NCBI GenBank assembly: GCA_017515535.1
Contig: JAFWFQ010000031.1
Coordinates: 1 to 51,469 of the forward strand
Direction: 5' to 3'
Source of the DNA: Parasporobacterium sp.
GTDB lineage: Bacteria; Bacillota; Clostridia; Lachnospirales; Lachnospiraceae
Length of the DNA stretch: 51,469 nucleotides
Positions 35,118 through 44,025 of this stretch are shown in pieces (within the stretch, counting starts at the first letter, position 1; each line of letters starts with the position of its first letter). The position numbers and the translations under genes are program-made. Below the pieces are notes generated by a model. The model was not told where the DNA came from, made no database searches, and saw only the letters and a program-made list of their open reading frames with translations.

Positions 35118-35479
35118 CACTTAGACTACAGATTATCGTTATCGTAGTAGCAGTCCTTGCAATCTTGTTTACGGTACTGCTGATAAAAAAAGATCGTTTG
35201 GGTCTTCGGATCGCGATGCCCTGGCTGGTCGTTTTTGTCCTGATCATCCTTTTTGCCGCGATCCCTTCACTGATGGATTGGTTTTCCGGATTGATCGGAA
35301 TCTATGCCCCGGTCAACATGGTTCTCTTTCTGGCGGGGATATTTCTTATGATCATAATTTATTCCCTGACGATCACGGTCTTTACGAACCGGAAAAAGGT
35401 CAGGGATCTGATACAGAAAGTCGCGTATCTGGAAGAAAAAATAAAGAAAGAAGAATCTTCAGAAACTGATGATCGATAA
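35114..35479 (+). CDS. DUF2304-like small membrane protein
   Basis: 121 aa with 3-4 TM helices and a charged C-tail. ATGA overlap with the preceding GT2, which is the usual genomic partner of DUF2304 as recalled. Confidence 0.7.
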   Translation: MTLRLQIIVIVVAVLAILFTVLLIKKDRLGLRIAMPWLVVFVLIILFAAIPSLMDWFSGLIGIYAPVNMVLFLAGIFLMIIIYSLTITVFTNRKKVRDLIQKVAYLEEKIKKEESSETDDR

Positions 35480-37220
35480 GGGTACAAAAAATAAGACAGG
35501 ATGGAATCTGCTTCTTTCGCTGCTTCTGACTGCAGCCCTTTTTGCGGTGGCTGCGCTCCTTTATCGGTTCACATACGGGGTCATAGATGACCCGTTTATA
35601 ACAACCGTCCTGAACGGGGCTTATACCGGAACGCCGGACGCCCACGTTGTCTATATCAAATATCCGCTGGCATGGATCTTTATGACACTGTTCCGCATTA
35701 TACCGTCTGTGAACTGGCATTTTCTGTATCTGACAGGGTGTTTTGCAGTCTGTATTTTTGCTGTGAATTACCGGATCTGCTCAAATGTCAAAAAGATTCT
35801 TCCTAAGATCATCTTCTGCATTCTCTTCATGCTTCTTTTCTGGCTCTGTATGGCAAAGATGATCCTTACGGCCCATTACTCGATGTGTGCGGCGACGCTT
35901 GCGGCGACCGGTCTCTTTTGTTTTGGGACGATCCGCCCTGACTGTTCGAAGGGGGCAAGGGTCCTGAATATATTTTTTGTCCTTCTTCTGCTCTGGAATG
36001 CATATGCGTTAAGGGCAAGGACTCTTTTTATGCTCCTTCCGCTCGGAGGCGTTCTCTTTTTATATCAGTTCTTCCGGGAAAAACCTTATTTCTCTTTCCG
36101 GAATCTTGTCCGCTGGTTAAGTATTCCGATCCTTTTATTTATCGGACTTGGCGCGATCGAACTGGTTCATAACGCCCAGTACCGTGATAAGGCGTGGCAG
36201 GAATTTTTATCTTTTAATGATGCAAGAACGACACTTTATGATTTTTACGGACTTCCGGAATATGAGAAAAATAAAGACTTTTATCAAAGCCTGAATATTT
36301 CTGGAGCACGTGAATATATGTATGAAAAGTATTATCTGGAATTTCAGGATAACGTTCCGGAAGATGCGCTCTCCAGGATCGCGGACCACAGGGTCGAAGA
36401 GTATAAACAGGATATGCCGACGGGAAAACGGATCGTTGAAACACTGAAAGCGCTTTTCCCGAATCTGGCATTAAAAACCTATCTTCCGGTCAGCTGGATC
36501 TGCGGAGCAGCATTTTTCATTTTCCTTCTGATCGCTCTGATCATGGCCAAGTGGCGTCTCGTATGGACGCTTGTGCTTGGGATCATCGCGAGCCTGATCC
36601 CATGGCTCTGGATGATCTATATGGGAAAGCCGACTTCCAGAGTCACGATGGGAATCTGGGCGGCAGATCTTCTTTTCCTTGCCGCACTCCTGATCTCAAA
36701 TTCAGACCGGATCAAGGAATGGGTGGAAGAGAAGTCAGTTTTGTGTTATATTTTATCAGTTATAGTTGCTGCACTTCTGGTCTTTGGAATCGTCAGAGGA
36801 TATGGTAAAATAGCATCGGCTCAGGAAAAGACGATTTCTTCCGGACTGGCCCGGAGCAGTCTTGAGAATTATTGCGAGAGCCACCCGGAGAACCTTTATA
36901 TCTGCGAGTCGGAGATCGTAAACGGGCTCGGGTTTGATGTCCGGGCCGTAGACAACAGTCTCCAGAATCTCTACTGGCCGGGAGGATGGACCGCAAAGAT
37001 GGCTCAAAGTAAAGAGATCTGGGCGCGTTTCGGTATCAGCGATATCGAAAAAGCAGCTGCACAGGATGATAATGTATATATCGTTGCATTCGAAGAAACG
37101 GATATGGACTACTGGACAGATTTTTACCGGGAGCAGTATCCGGGGATCGTCTTGAAAGAGACAGAAAGGATCGAATGTGATCAAATACCGTTTAAAGTAT
37201 ATCAGCTACAGGAAAGATAG
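35469..37220 (+). CDS. polytopic membrane protein with C-terminal soluble domain (GT-C-like, uncharacterised)
   Basis: 583 aa. An acidic motif (GVIDDPF) follows TM1, then many TMs and a ~150-aa hydrophilic C-terminus. Overlaps the upstream gene by 11 nt. Confidence 0.7.
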   Translation: MIDKGTKNKTGWNLLLSLLLTAALFAVAALLYRFTYGVIDDPFITTVLNGAYTGTPDAHVVYIKYPLAWIFMTLFRIIPSVNWHFLYLTGCFAVCIFAVNYRICSNVKKILPKIIFCILFMLLFWLCMAKMILTAHYSMCAATLAATGLFCFGTIRPDCSKGARVLNIFFVLLLLWNAYALRARTLFMLLPLGGVLFLYQFFREKPYFSFRNLVRWLSIPILLFIGLGAIELVHNAQYRDKAWQEFLSFNDARTTLYDFYGLPEYEKNKDFYQSLNISGAREYMYEKYYLEFQDNVPEDALSRIADHRVEEYKQDMPTGKRIVETLKALFPNLALKTYLPVSWICGAAFFIFLLIALIMAKWRLVWTLVLGIIASLIPWLWMIYMGKPTSRVTMGIWAADLLFLAALLISNSDRIKEWVEEKSVLCYILSVIVAALLVFGIVRGYGKIASAQEKTISSGLARSSLENYCESHPENLYICESEIVNGLGFDVRAVDNSLQNLYWPGGWTAKMAQSKEIWARFGISDIEKAAAQDDNVYIVAFEETDMDYWTDFYREQYPGIVLKETERIECDQIPFKVYQLQER

Positions 37221-37223
37221 ATT

Positions 37224-39095
37224 ATGAGATTTTATGTTTTTATTTGTTTAGCACTTATTTGTCTTGCAATCGGATACAGCGGACTTTTTAAGAGGAAATT
37301 TGCAGCGATGATGCCGCTTTCGGTATTCTCGTCAATCCTCGTCCTCTATGTTTTCGGACTTTTCGGGAAAATGAAACTCGGCGTTATCGTTTTTATCGGA
37401 ATCGCCTTTGTTTTGTTCCTTCTTGGTCTTTCGAAAAGCATTGTCCGGAGAGAGATGAAAACGTATGTGTCAAATGTCTTTAGTTTCGGACTCCTGTTTT
37501 TCCTTGCTGCACTGATCCTGATCTATTATATGACGGACGGCAGACTTCTTTCCCGATTTGATGAGTTTACCCATTGGGGCCTTACCGTTAAGAACTATAT
37601 GATCTTTGACGGATTTGCAAACGTTGCCGGTTCGACGACTCATGGGGCAGGATATCAGCCGGGGATCTCGCTGTTCTGCTATCTCTTTACTTCGTTAAGA
37701 GATCAGGTCAATGAATGCGACATGCTGAAGGCTATGGATGTTTTTATTGTCTCCATGCTTCTTCCGATCTTCCGCAGGATCTCATGGAAACGGTTTGTTT
37801 TCGGAATCTTTCTGATTCCGTTCGTCCTGTTCCTTCCATGGCTTTTTGCAACCAATATTATTCCGTACAATACGCTTTATATTGATGCGGCGATGGCAGT
37901 TACATTCGCCTTCCTGCTGACGCATTATTATACAAATATCCAATGTAAGGTTACCTATTTTGTTCTCGGAATGGGGTCAGCCGCAATGATCCTGATCCGT
38001 CCGGGAAGTGAAGCGTTCGCACTCATGATACTTTGTATGGTGATCCTGGATGTCCTTCTGTTCCGGAGACCCCAGTTTGCCGCTATGTGCAAAAAAGGCG
38101 GATGGATCATGCCGGTCTTTTATGTTGTTTTGTCGGTTGCATCCTATCTGTCCTGGCGTATCTTTACAACCGCGAATAAGATGATGCAGGTCTTTGACTA
38201 TATCAATCCGGAAGGACAGGGAGCGGCAGCTTCCGAGTCGATCACCTCCAATTTCTTTGCTGCAATGCGGCAGATCCCGTCAAAGGCGACGATCAAAATA
38301 CCGTATCTGATGTGGATCGTTGTTTTTGCGATCCTTGCATTTCTGGTCATACTGATGACAAAGGGCGCGAGAGAGCGGGCAAGAAGCATTGTCTTTTCTG
38401 TTCTGGTCATTATCGGCTATGTTCTTTATGCAGGCGCGCTTCTTTATATGTATACGCATTTGTTCTCTGCTTATGAAGGCACAACGCTGGCATCACTCGA
38501 CCGCTATATGACGACTTATATTATGGGAGCTACGATCTTCTTCCTTTACATGCTCGTCGAGCGTATCTTCGAGCGGTTCGGAGGACTCGGGAATATTCTG
38601 ATCCTGATCCCGGTTGCTGTGATCCTTGCCTTTACACCATGGAGCAAAGTTGTCGCTGATATGTTTAACTGCAGGGAGACGGTGGAGAAGACGATTGAGA
38701 ACCGGGCAGAGTATTATATTCTGGAGGAAGAGATCAAAAATCTTGACTATACCAAAGACCGGGTCTATTTCATCGCGCAAAACAGCAATGGCTATGAGTA
38801 TCAGGTTGCCTATTATCTTTCGACTCCGGTATCGCTTTCCTATGATTATGAGATGGGATGGAGTCTCGGATTCCCGTATTCCGATGAAGATATCTGGACG
38901 CTGGAGATGACTGCGGATGACTGGGAAAAAGCGCTGATTGAAGGCGGTTATACCCATGTTTATCTTTACAGGGTGGATAAGCAGTTCCGTCACAGATTCG
39001 GGGAACTGTTCGAATATGAAACAACGATAAGCAATGATTCTATATTTGAGGTTGATGTGACCGGCGGACATGTAGTTCTGAGGAGAGCTTTCTGA
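37224..39095 (+). CDS. polytopic membrane protein with C-terminal soluble domain (GT-C-like, uncharacterised)
   Basis: 623 aa with many TMs, an RFDEFTHWG motif in an early loop and a ~150-aa hydrophilic C-terminus. Confidence 0.7.
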   Translation: MRFYVFICLALICLAIGYSGLFKRKFAAMMPLSVFSSILVLYVFGLFGKMKLGVIVFIGIAFVLFLLGLSKSIVRREMKTYVSNVFSFGLLFFLAALILIYYMTDGRLLSRFDEFTHWGLTVKNYMIFDGFANVAGSTTHGAGYQPGISLFCYLFTSLRDQVNECDMLKAMDVFIVSMLLPIFRRISWKRFVFGIFLIPFVLFLPWLFATNIIPYNTLYIDAAMAVTFAFLLTHYYTNIQCKVTYFVLGMGSAAMILIRPGSEAFALMILCMVILDVLLFRRPQFAAMCKKGGWIMPVFYVVLSVASYLSWRIFTTANKMMQVFDYINPEGQGAAASESITSNFFAAMRQIPSKATIKIPYLMWIVVFAILAFLVILMTKGARERARSIVFSVLVIIGYVLYAGALLYMYTHLFSAYEGTTLASLDRYMTTYIMGATIFFLYMLVERIFERFGGLGNILILIPVAVILAFTPWSKVVADMFNCRETVEKTIENRAEYYILEEEIKNLDYTKDRVYFIAQNSNGYEYQVAYYLSTPVSLSYDYEMGWSLGFPYSDEDIWTLEMTADDWEKALIEGGYTHVYLYRVDKQFRHRFGELFEYETTISNDSIFEVDVTGGHVVLRRAF

Positions 39096-39099
39096 TTTC

Positions 39100-40326
39100 A
39101 TGGAAGAAAATCCGGTTTCCATAAAAAAGAATATCATCTGGAACTCGATCGGCACCTTTGTCATGTTCTTCAGCCAATGGCTTATGATGGTGCTTATCGT
39201 CCGACTTTCCGGATATGCGGATTCGGGTATTTTATCCCTCTCTGTTTCCTGCGGAAATGTCTTCCTGATCATTGCTGCTTTTGGAGTCAAAACCTTCCAG
39301 GTCTCCGATATCCAGAACCGGTATCAGGGCAGGGATTATCTCGGAGCAAAGATCATAACGGTTTTATTCACCGTGGTCTGCGGGATCATTTGGGTCCTGG
39401 TCTCCGGGTATGAGGGCGTTGAAAAGATATCGATCCTTCTCTATATGGTCTATATCATGGTGTACTCTTATTCGGACGCGATTTACGGGGAACTCCAGAA
39501 AAAATGGAGGCTGGATATTGCCGGAATTTCCATGATCATACGAAATCTGGCCGCGCTGATCATCTTCTGTGTTCTGATCTGGCTGACGAAAGATATCCGG
39601 ATCGCGCTTGCGGCGATCCTCTTTGCCTCACTTGCAGTTCTGTTTATTTATGATATTCCGGCATCAAAAAAAGTCACCTCGATCCGGCCGGGACTGAAAG
39701 GAAAAAGGCCGTGGCTTCTTTTATGGGAGTGCTTCCCGTTTGCAATCTATACCTTCCTGCATACGCTGCTCCTTACTGTACCGAAGCTGGCAGTCAGAGG
39801 GTTTTACGATAAAGAGGTTCTTGGAATCTATTCCGCAGTCATGGCTCCGGTAACGGTGCTCCAGGTTGCAGCGACGTTTGTGATCAATCCGCTTTCTACT
39901 TTGATGGCGGAAAAAGTGGAAGAAGGAAAGATCAGGGATCTTTTGATGTTGATGCTGAAATGTTTCCTGATGCTGGTCGGGATCCTTGCAGTCGGGATCC
40001 TTGCCGCCGTCTTCCTCGGAAAATGGGGGCTTTCGATCCTTTACGGAAAAGAGATCACGGAATATTCCTATCTTCTTGTTCCGATGGTTTTTGTTTCTGT
40101 TATGACCGCACTTACGATCCTCCTTGGAAACCTTGCGATCGTGATCCGTGATCGGATCGGCGCAAATCTCAGCGCGGTCCTTGGACTTGCGGCAGTCTTT
40201 GGCGCCAGTTTTCTTTTTATTCCGAAGACCGGAATGCAGGGAGCGAACTGGGCGTTTCTGATCGGGCTCGCGGTTCAGGATATTGTTTTGATCCTGGCGA
40301 TAGCCGGAAAGCTGAAAAAAAGATGA
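39100..40326 (+). CDS. Wzx-type oligosaccharide flippase (MOP superfamily)
   Basis: 408 aa, about 12 TM. The N-terminus KKNIIWNSIGTFVMFFSQWLMMVLIVRLSG is typical of polysaccharide-biosynthesis flippases. Confidence 0.75.
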   Translation: MEENPVSIKKNIIWNSIGTFVMFFSQWLMMVLIVRLSGYADSGILSLSVSCGNVFLIIAAFGVKTFQVSDIQNRYQGRDYLGAKIITVLFTVVCGIIWVLVSGYEGVEKISILLYMVYIMVYSYSDAIYGELQKKWRLDIAGISMIIRNLAALIIFCVLIWLTKDIRIALAAILFASLAVLFIYDIPASKKVTSIRPGLKGKRPWLLLWECFPFAIYTFLHTLLLTVPKLAVRGFYDKEVLGIYSAVMAPVTVLQVAATFVINPLSTLMAEKVEEGKIRDLLMLMLKCFLMLVGILAVGILAAVFLGKWGLSILYGKEITEYSYLLVPMVFVSVMTALTILLGNLAIVIRDRIGANLSAVLGLAAVFGASFLFIPKTGMQGANWAFLIGLAVQDIVLILAIAGKLKKR

Positions 40327-42371
40327 AGATATTAAATGTTTTATACCAGACAGATAATAATTATGCGGCGATAGCGGGTGTTTCCATGACATCCCTTTTC
40401 CGGACGAACCGCCATCTTGATGAGATCAACATTTATCTTCTTGACAGCGGGATCTCAAAGGAAAACCTGGAGAAATTCGAGCAGCTCTGCCGGGAATACG
40501 GACGGAACCTTACCGTGATCGATACGATCCCGCTTACGGAAAAGATCAAGAGCTACGGAGTCGGAACTTTCCGGGATGTTTATACGGTCTACCATATTAT
40601 GTTTGCATTGAATGATCTTGAACTGAAGGGTGAAAGGATCTTTAAACTGGATGCGGATACGATCGTGAAAGGACCTCTGGATGAACTATGCGACATGGAT
40701 CTTCATGGATGTTATCTTGCCGCAACCTATGATTGTACGCTGAATGATTACAAAGAAATGGTCGGTCTTACCCCGGACGATTTCTATCATAACGCGGGAA
40801 TCATTCTTTTTGATCAGAAAGCGTGGATCGATCATCAGTGCGAGAAGCAGCTGATCGATCATATCCATAACTGCCGGAATAATTACTATCTCTGCGAACA
40901 GGATCTTATGAATGTTGTCTTTCGCGGCAAGATCGCGTATCTTCCGGTCAAATATAATTTAAACAGCGGTTTCTATATTTTCGGGGCAGAGCTTTCTTAC
41001 AAGCTTTATCAGCTGAACCGTCTTGCATTTTCACCACTGAGCGAAGTCGAAGAGGCGATGGAGCATCCTCTGGTTCATCACCTTATGGGTGCAATGACGG
41101 GAAGACCCTGGGAGGCAAAGAATACGCATCCGCTGAAAAAAGAATTCCAGGAGATCCTTGCGGATTCCCTTTGGAAAGGCTGGGTCCCGAATTCTTCGAA
41201 ACGTTCTTTTGTATTCCGGATGCAGAAGTTCCTTCACAGCATCCTGCAGGACTGGGCTTATATCCGGATCCACCGTTACATGAACCGGCGTTATCTCCGC
41301 CGCAAAAACGAGGAAGCGGTCGCGGCGTCCGATGTATATGATCCGAAGTATATCTGTACGACCTATTACGGAAAGGAATATGAGGTAGAAAAGCCTCTGA
41401 ATATCCTTTATCAGTCGAATGATTATTATGCGCCGTATCTTGGGGTTTCGCTCCTCTCGCTCCTGGATCGGAACAAACACATAAAAGACATAAATATTTT
41501 TATAATAGACGATGGGATATCGCCGGAGAATAAAGAAAAGATCAGCGGGACTGCCGGAATGTTCGGCCGCCCGGTCTCCTTTATTGATCCGTCCCGTCAG
41601 GCAAAGATGCTGGAAGATGCCGGCGCTCCGAGATTCCGCGGAAATTATGCGACATATTTTAAATTGTTTGTTTTGGATGAACTTCCGGAAGAAGTTGAAA
41701 CGATCCTTTATGTGGATTCGGATACTGTCGTCCGTGGAAGCCTCGAAGAGATCACTGAATTTGATTTTCAGGGAAGATCCCTGTCGATGGTTCCGGCGAT
41801 CTATCATGACAAATACCGGGCAAAAGTCGGGATCTCCCATGAAGATATTACTTACAATGCGGGGATCATGGCCTTTGACCTTAAAGCCTGGAGAGCGAAC
41901 CACTGCAGAGAACGCCTGATCCGGGGAATGCAGGAGGATCCGAAAGTTCTTTCCTTTGCACCGGACCAGTCCCTTGCAATCAAGGTCCTGCAGAAAGACC
42001 TGATCCCGCTTCCGTTGAAGTTTAACTTCTCAACGTTGTATACGCTGTTTACTTATAAGGAAATCACAAAGATGTTTTCCTGTGCGGAAGCGGCCATGTT
42101 TACCCAGGAGGATATTGACAAAGCCTATCAGGATATTGCGGTTTATCATTTTATTGAGCTTCAGGTCGGAAAGCCCTGGGAAGCCGACAGCGTTCATCCG
42201 AAAAAGTTCCTCTGGAAGGAATACTTTGATAAATCCAAGTGGAGCGATACGCCTGCTCCAAAGGTGAAACTTTCCCCGATCCTGAAATTACAGCGGATCG
42301 CGTACAAGATCCTTCCGACAAGGCTTTATATGGCTTCCTACGCATTTGCGTGGAAGTATTTGATGAGGTAA
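40323..42371 (+). CDS. tandem (two-domain) GT8 glycosyltransferase
   Basis: 682 aa. Two GT8-like modules each start LN(V/I)LYQ(T/S)(D/N)(N/D)(N/Y)YA and carry their own DxD (KLDADTIV and YVDSDTVV). ATGA overlap with the flippase gene. Confidence 0.8.
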   Translation: MKILNVLYQTDNNYAAIAGVSMTSLFRTNRHLDEINIYLLDSGISKENLEKFEQLCREYGRNLTVIDTIPLTEKIKSYGVGTFRDVYTVYHIMFALNDLELKGERIFKLDADTIVKGPLDELCDMDLHGCYLAATYDCTLNDYKEMVGLTPDDFYHNAGIILFDQKAWIDHQCEKQLIDHIHNCRNNYYLCEQDLMNVVFRGKIAYLPVKYNLNSGFYIFGAELSYKLYQLNRLAFSPLSEVEEAMEHPLVHHLMGAMTGRPWEAKNTHPLKKEFQEILADSLWKGWVPNSSKRSFVFRMQKFLHSILQDWAYIRIHRYMNRRYLRRKNEEAVAASDVYDPKYICTTYYGKEYEVEKPLNILYQSNDYYAPYLGVSLLSLLDRNKHIKDINIFIIDDGISPENKEKISGTAGMFGRPVSFIDPSRQAKMLEDAGAPRFRGNYATYFKLFVLDELPEEVETILYVDSDTVVRGSLEEITEFDFQGRSLSMVPAIYHDKYRAKVGISHEDITYNAGIMAFDLKAWRANHCRERLIRGMQEDPKVLSFAPDQSLAIKVLQKDLIPLPLKFNFSTLYTLFTYKEITKMFSCAEAAMFTQEDIDKAYQDIAVYHFIELQVGKPWEADSVHPKKFLWKEYFDKSKWSDTPAPKVKLSPILKLQRIAYKILPTRLYMASYAFAWKYLMR

Positions 42372-42377
42372 GACAGT

Positions 42378-43913
42378 TTGAAGCGTACACCGCGGTCTGA
42401 GACCGAAAACTTATATCGTGACCGGGAGATCCGGCACAAATCTTCGAGACGTTCTTCCGAAAGAAGAACGTCTGATTATAAACGCTATGAACGATACCGT
42501 CCGGAGGAGAGTGATCCGCAGGAGTGGAAAGAAGTTTACAGCGAACCGGAAAGCACAAAGAAAACGATCCGCAGGATCCGTCCGGAAGAAGAATGGGAAG
42601 AGAATCTTTCTACCGAACCCCGGAAAAAACCGAGAAGTTATAAGGCGGAGCGGGATTATTATGAACGAAGCCTGAAAGAACACCGTTACTATCAGGAAGA
42701 AGAACCGGAAGAGGTTCTTTGGAGGGGGAATTCCGGAAAAACGAAAAAGAAGCATAAAAAAAGAGGCTTCGGGAAAGCGCTCCTTTGTATTATCCTGATC
42801 CTGGCTGTCGCGATCGGTGTGATCTGGGCGGTGCCTTCCTGGAGATCGGCAACAGCAAAAGCGGTTTTAAAATCTCCTGCCGGTCCGTTTATCGGAAGCC
42901 TTTTTATCGGCGGAAATTACAACCGCTATGTAAAAGATAAATCTTATGACAGGAAACAGGTCCGGATCCATGACGGGGCAGAAGTTCCGGATGGAAATAT
43001 TACGATTGCCCTGTTCGGGATCGACTCCCGGGTCGAGGATATCACAAGCGGAACGATGGCAGATTCGATCATGGCTGTCAATATTGATAAGGATGGCAAT
43101 ATTAAGATGGCCTCGGTCTTCCGGGATACGTATCTGATGAGCCGGACGGAAGATGGGGAAGAGATCATCTCCAAGGCGAATTCGGCGTTCTTCCGGACCG
43201 GACCGCTCGGGGCAGTCAATATGCTGAATGAGAACTTTGATCTTGCGATCAAAGATTATGTTGTTGTTAATTTCTGGGGAATGGCCAACATTGTGGATAT
43301 GCTGGGCGGGATCCGGCTTACCGTTACAGAAGAAGAGCGGGAAGAATTGAATTTCCACATGCATGAGCTATATCTTTATCAGGGTGTGGAATACTATCCG
43401 CTCGAGACCTCAGGAGAATCAGTACTCCTTACCGGAAATCAGGCAACGTCCTTCTGCAGACTCCGGAAAACCCCGTTTGATTCCCCGGTAGATGGAGTTC
43501 ATTATACTGATGACTATGGAAGGGCAGCAAGACAGCGGTATGTTCTGATGGAGCTCCTTCGCCAGGTAAAAGAGCAGGGGATACTAAAGTTGATGCAGCT
43601 TTCCAATAAACTGTTTGCGGCAAATGCAGGGGAGCAGCGGTTTATCCAAAGTTCTATGAGCGCCCAGGATCTTGTTCGTTTATTTGCACGTGGATATGAT
43701 ATGAAAATCGAGGGAAACGAAGGTTTCCCGAAGAAAGAACTACAATATAACGCAATGCTGGACAGCGGCGATACGATCGTTGCGGATACGCTCGAGGGAA
43801 ACGTTGTTTTAATGCACGAATTCCTCTATGGAATCTCCGGATATGAGCCGACGAACGGGCTCAGAGAAGTCGCAGACCGGATCCGGGCAGAAGTTGCAAG
43901 GCAACTCAACTGA
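42378..43913 (+). CDS. LCP (LytR-CpsA-Psr) family glycopolymer ligase with long charged N-terminal tail
   Basis: 511 aa. TTG start with GAGGT 7 nt upstream, and no in-frame ATG before the TM. LCP core IALFGIDSR...ADSIMAVNID...SVFRDTY. Confidence 0.85.
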   Translation: MKRTPRSETENLYRDREIRHKSSRRSSERRTSDYKRYERYRPEESDPQEWKEVYSEPESTKKTIRRIRPEEEWEENLSTEPRKKPRSYKAERDYYERSLKEHRYYQEEEPEEVLWRGNSGKTKKKHKKRGFGKALLCIILILAVAIGVIWAVPSWRSATAKAVLKSPAGPFIGSLFIGGNYNRYVKDKSYDRKQVRIHDGAEVPDGNITIALFGIDSRVEDITSGTMADSIMAVNIDKDGNIKMASVFRDTYLMSRTEDGEEIISKANSAFFRTGPLGAVNMLNENFDLAIKDYVVVNFWGMANIVDMLGGIRLTVTEEEREELNFHMHELYLYQGVEYYPLETSGESVLLTGNQATSFCRLRKTPFDSPVDGVHYTDDYGRAARQRYVLMELLRQVKEQGILKLMQLSNKLFAANAGEQRFIQSSMSAQDLVRLFARGYDMKIEGNEGFPKKELQYNAMLDSGDTIVADTLEGNVVLMHEFLYGISGYEPTNGLREVADRIRAEVARQLN

Positions 43914-44025
43914 AAATTTGTATTTTAGACATACTCATATCACAAAAGGAACACATTTTGTTTTTATATTCTTCTGTATACAAATGAGATTGCCATTTTA
44001 AGGAATAATTAGGAGGCAGGTAATA

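Noticed and set aside
43914-44025. Short inverted repeats (ATTTGTAT...ATACAAAT and the TGTATACA palindrome) upstream of the HtrA-like gene as a stress-regulator box.
   Set aside because: They are only 8 bp long, AT-rich and expected by chance in AT-rich intergenic DNA. I cannot tie them to a known CssR/CiaR-type consensus from memory.
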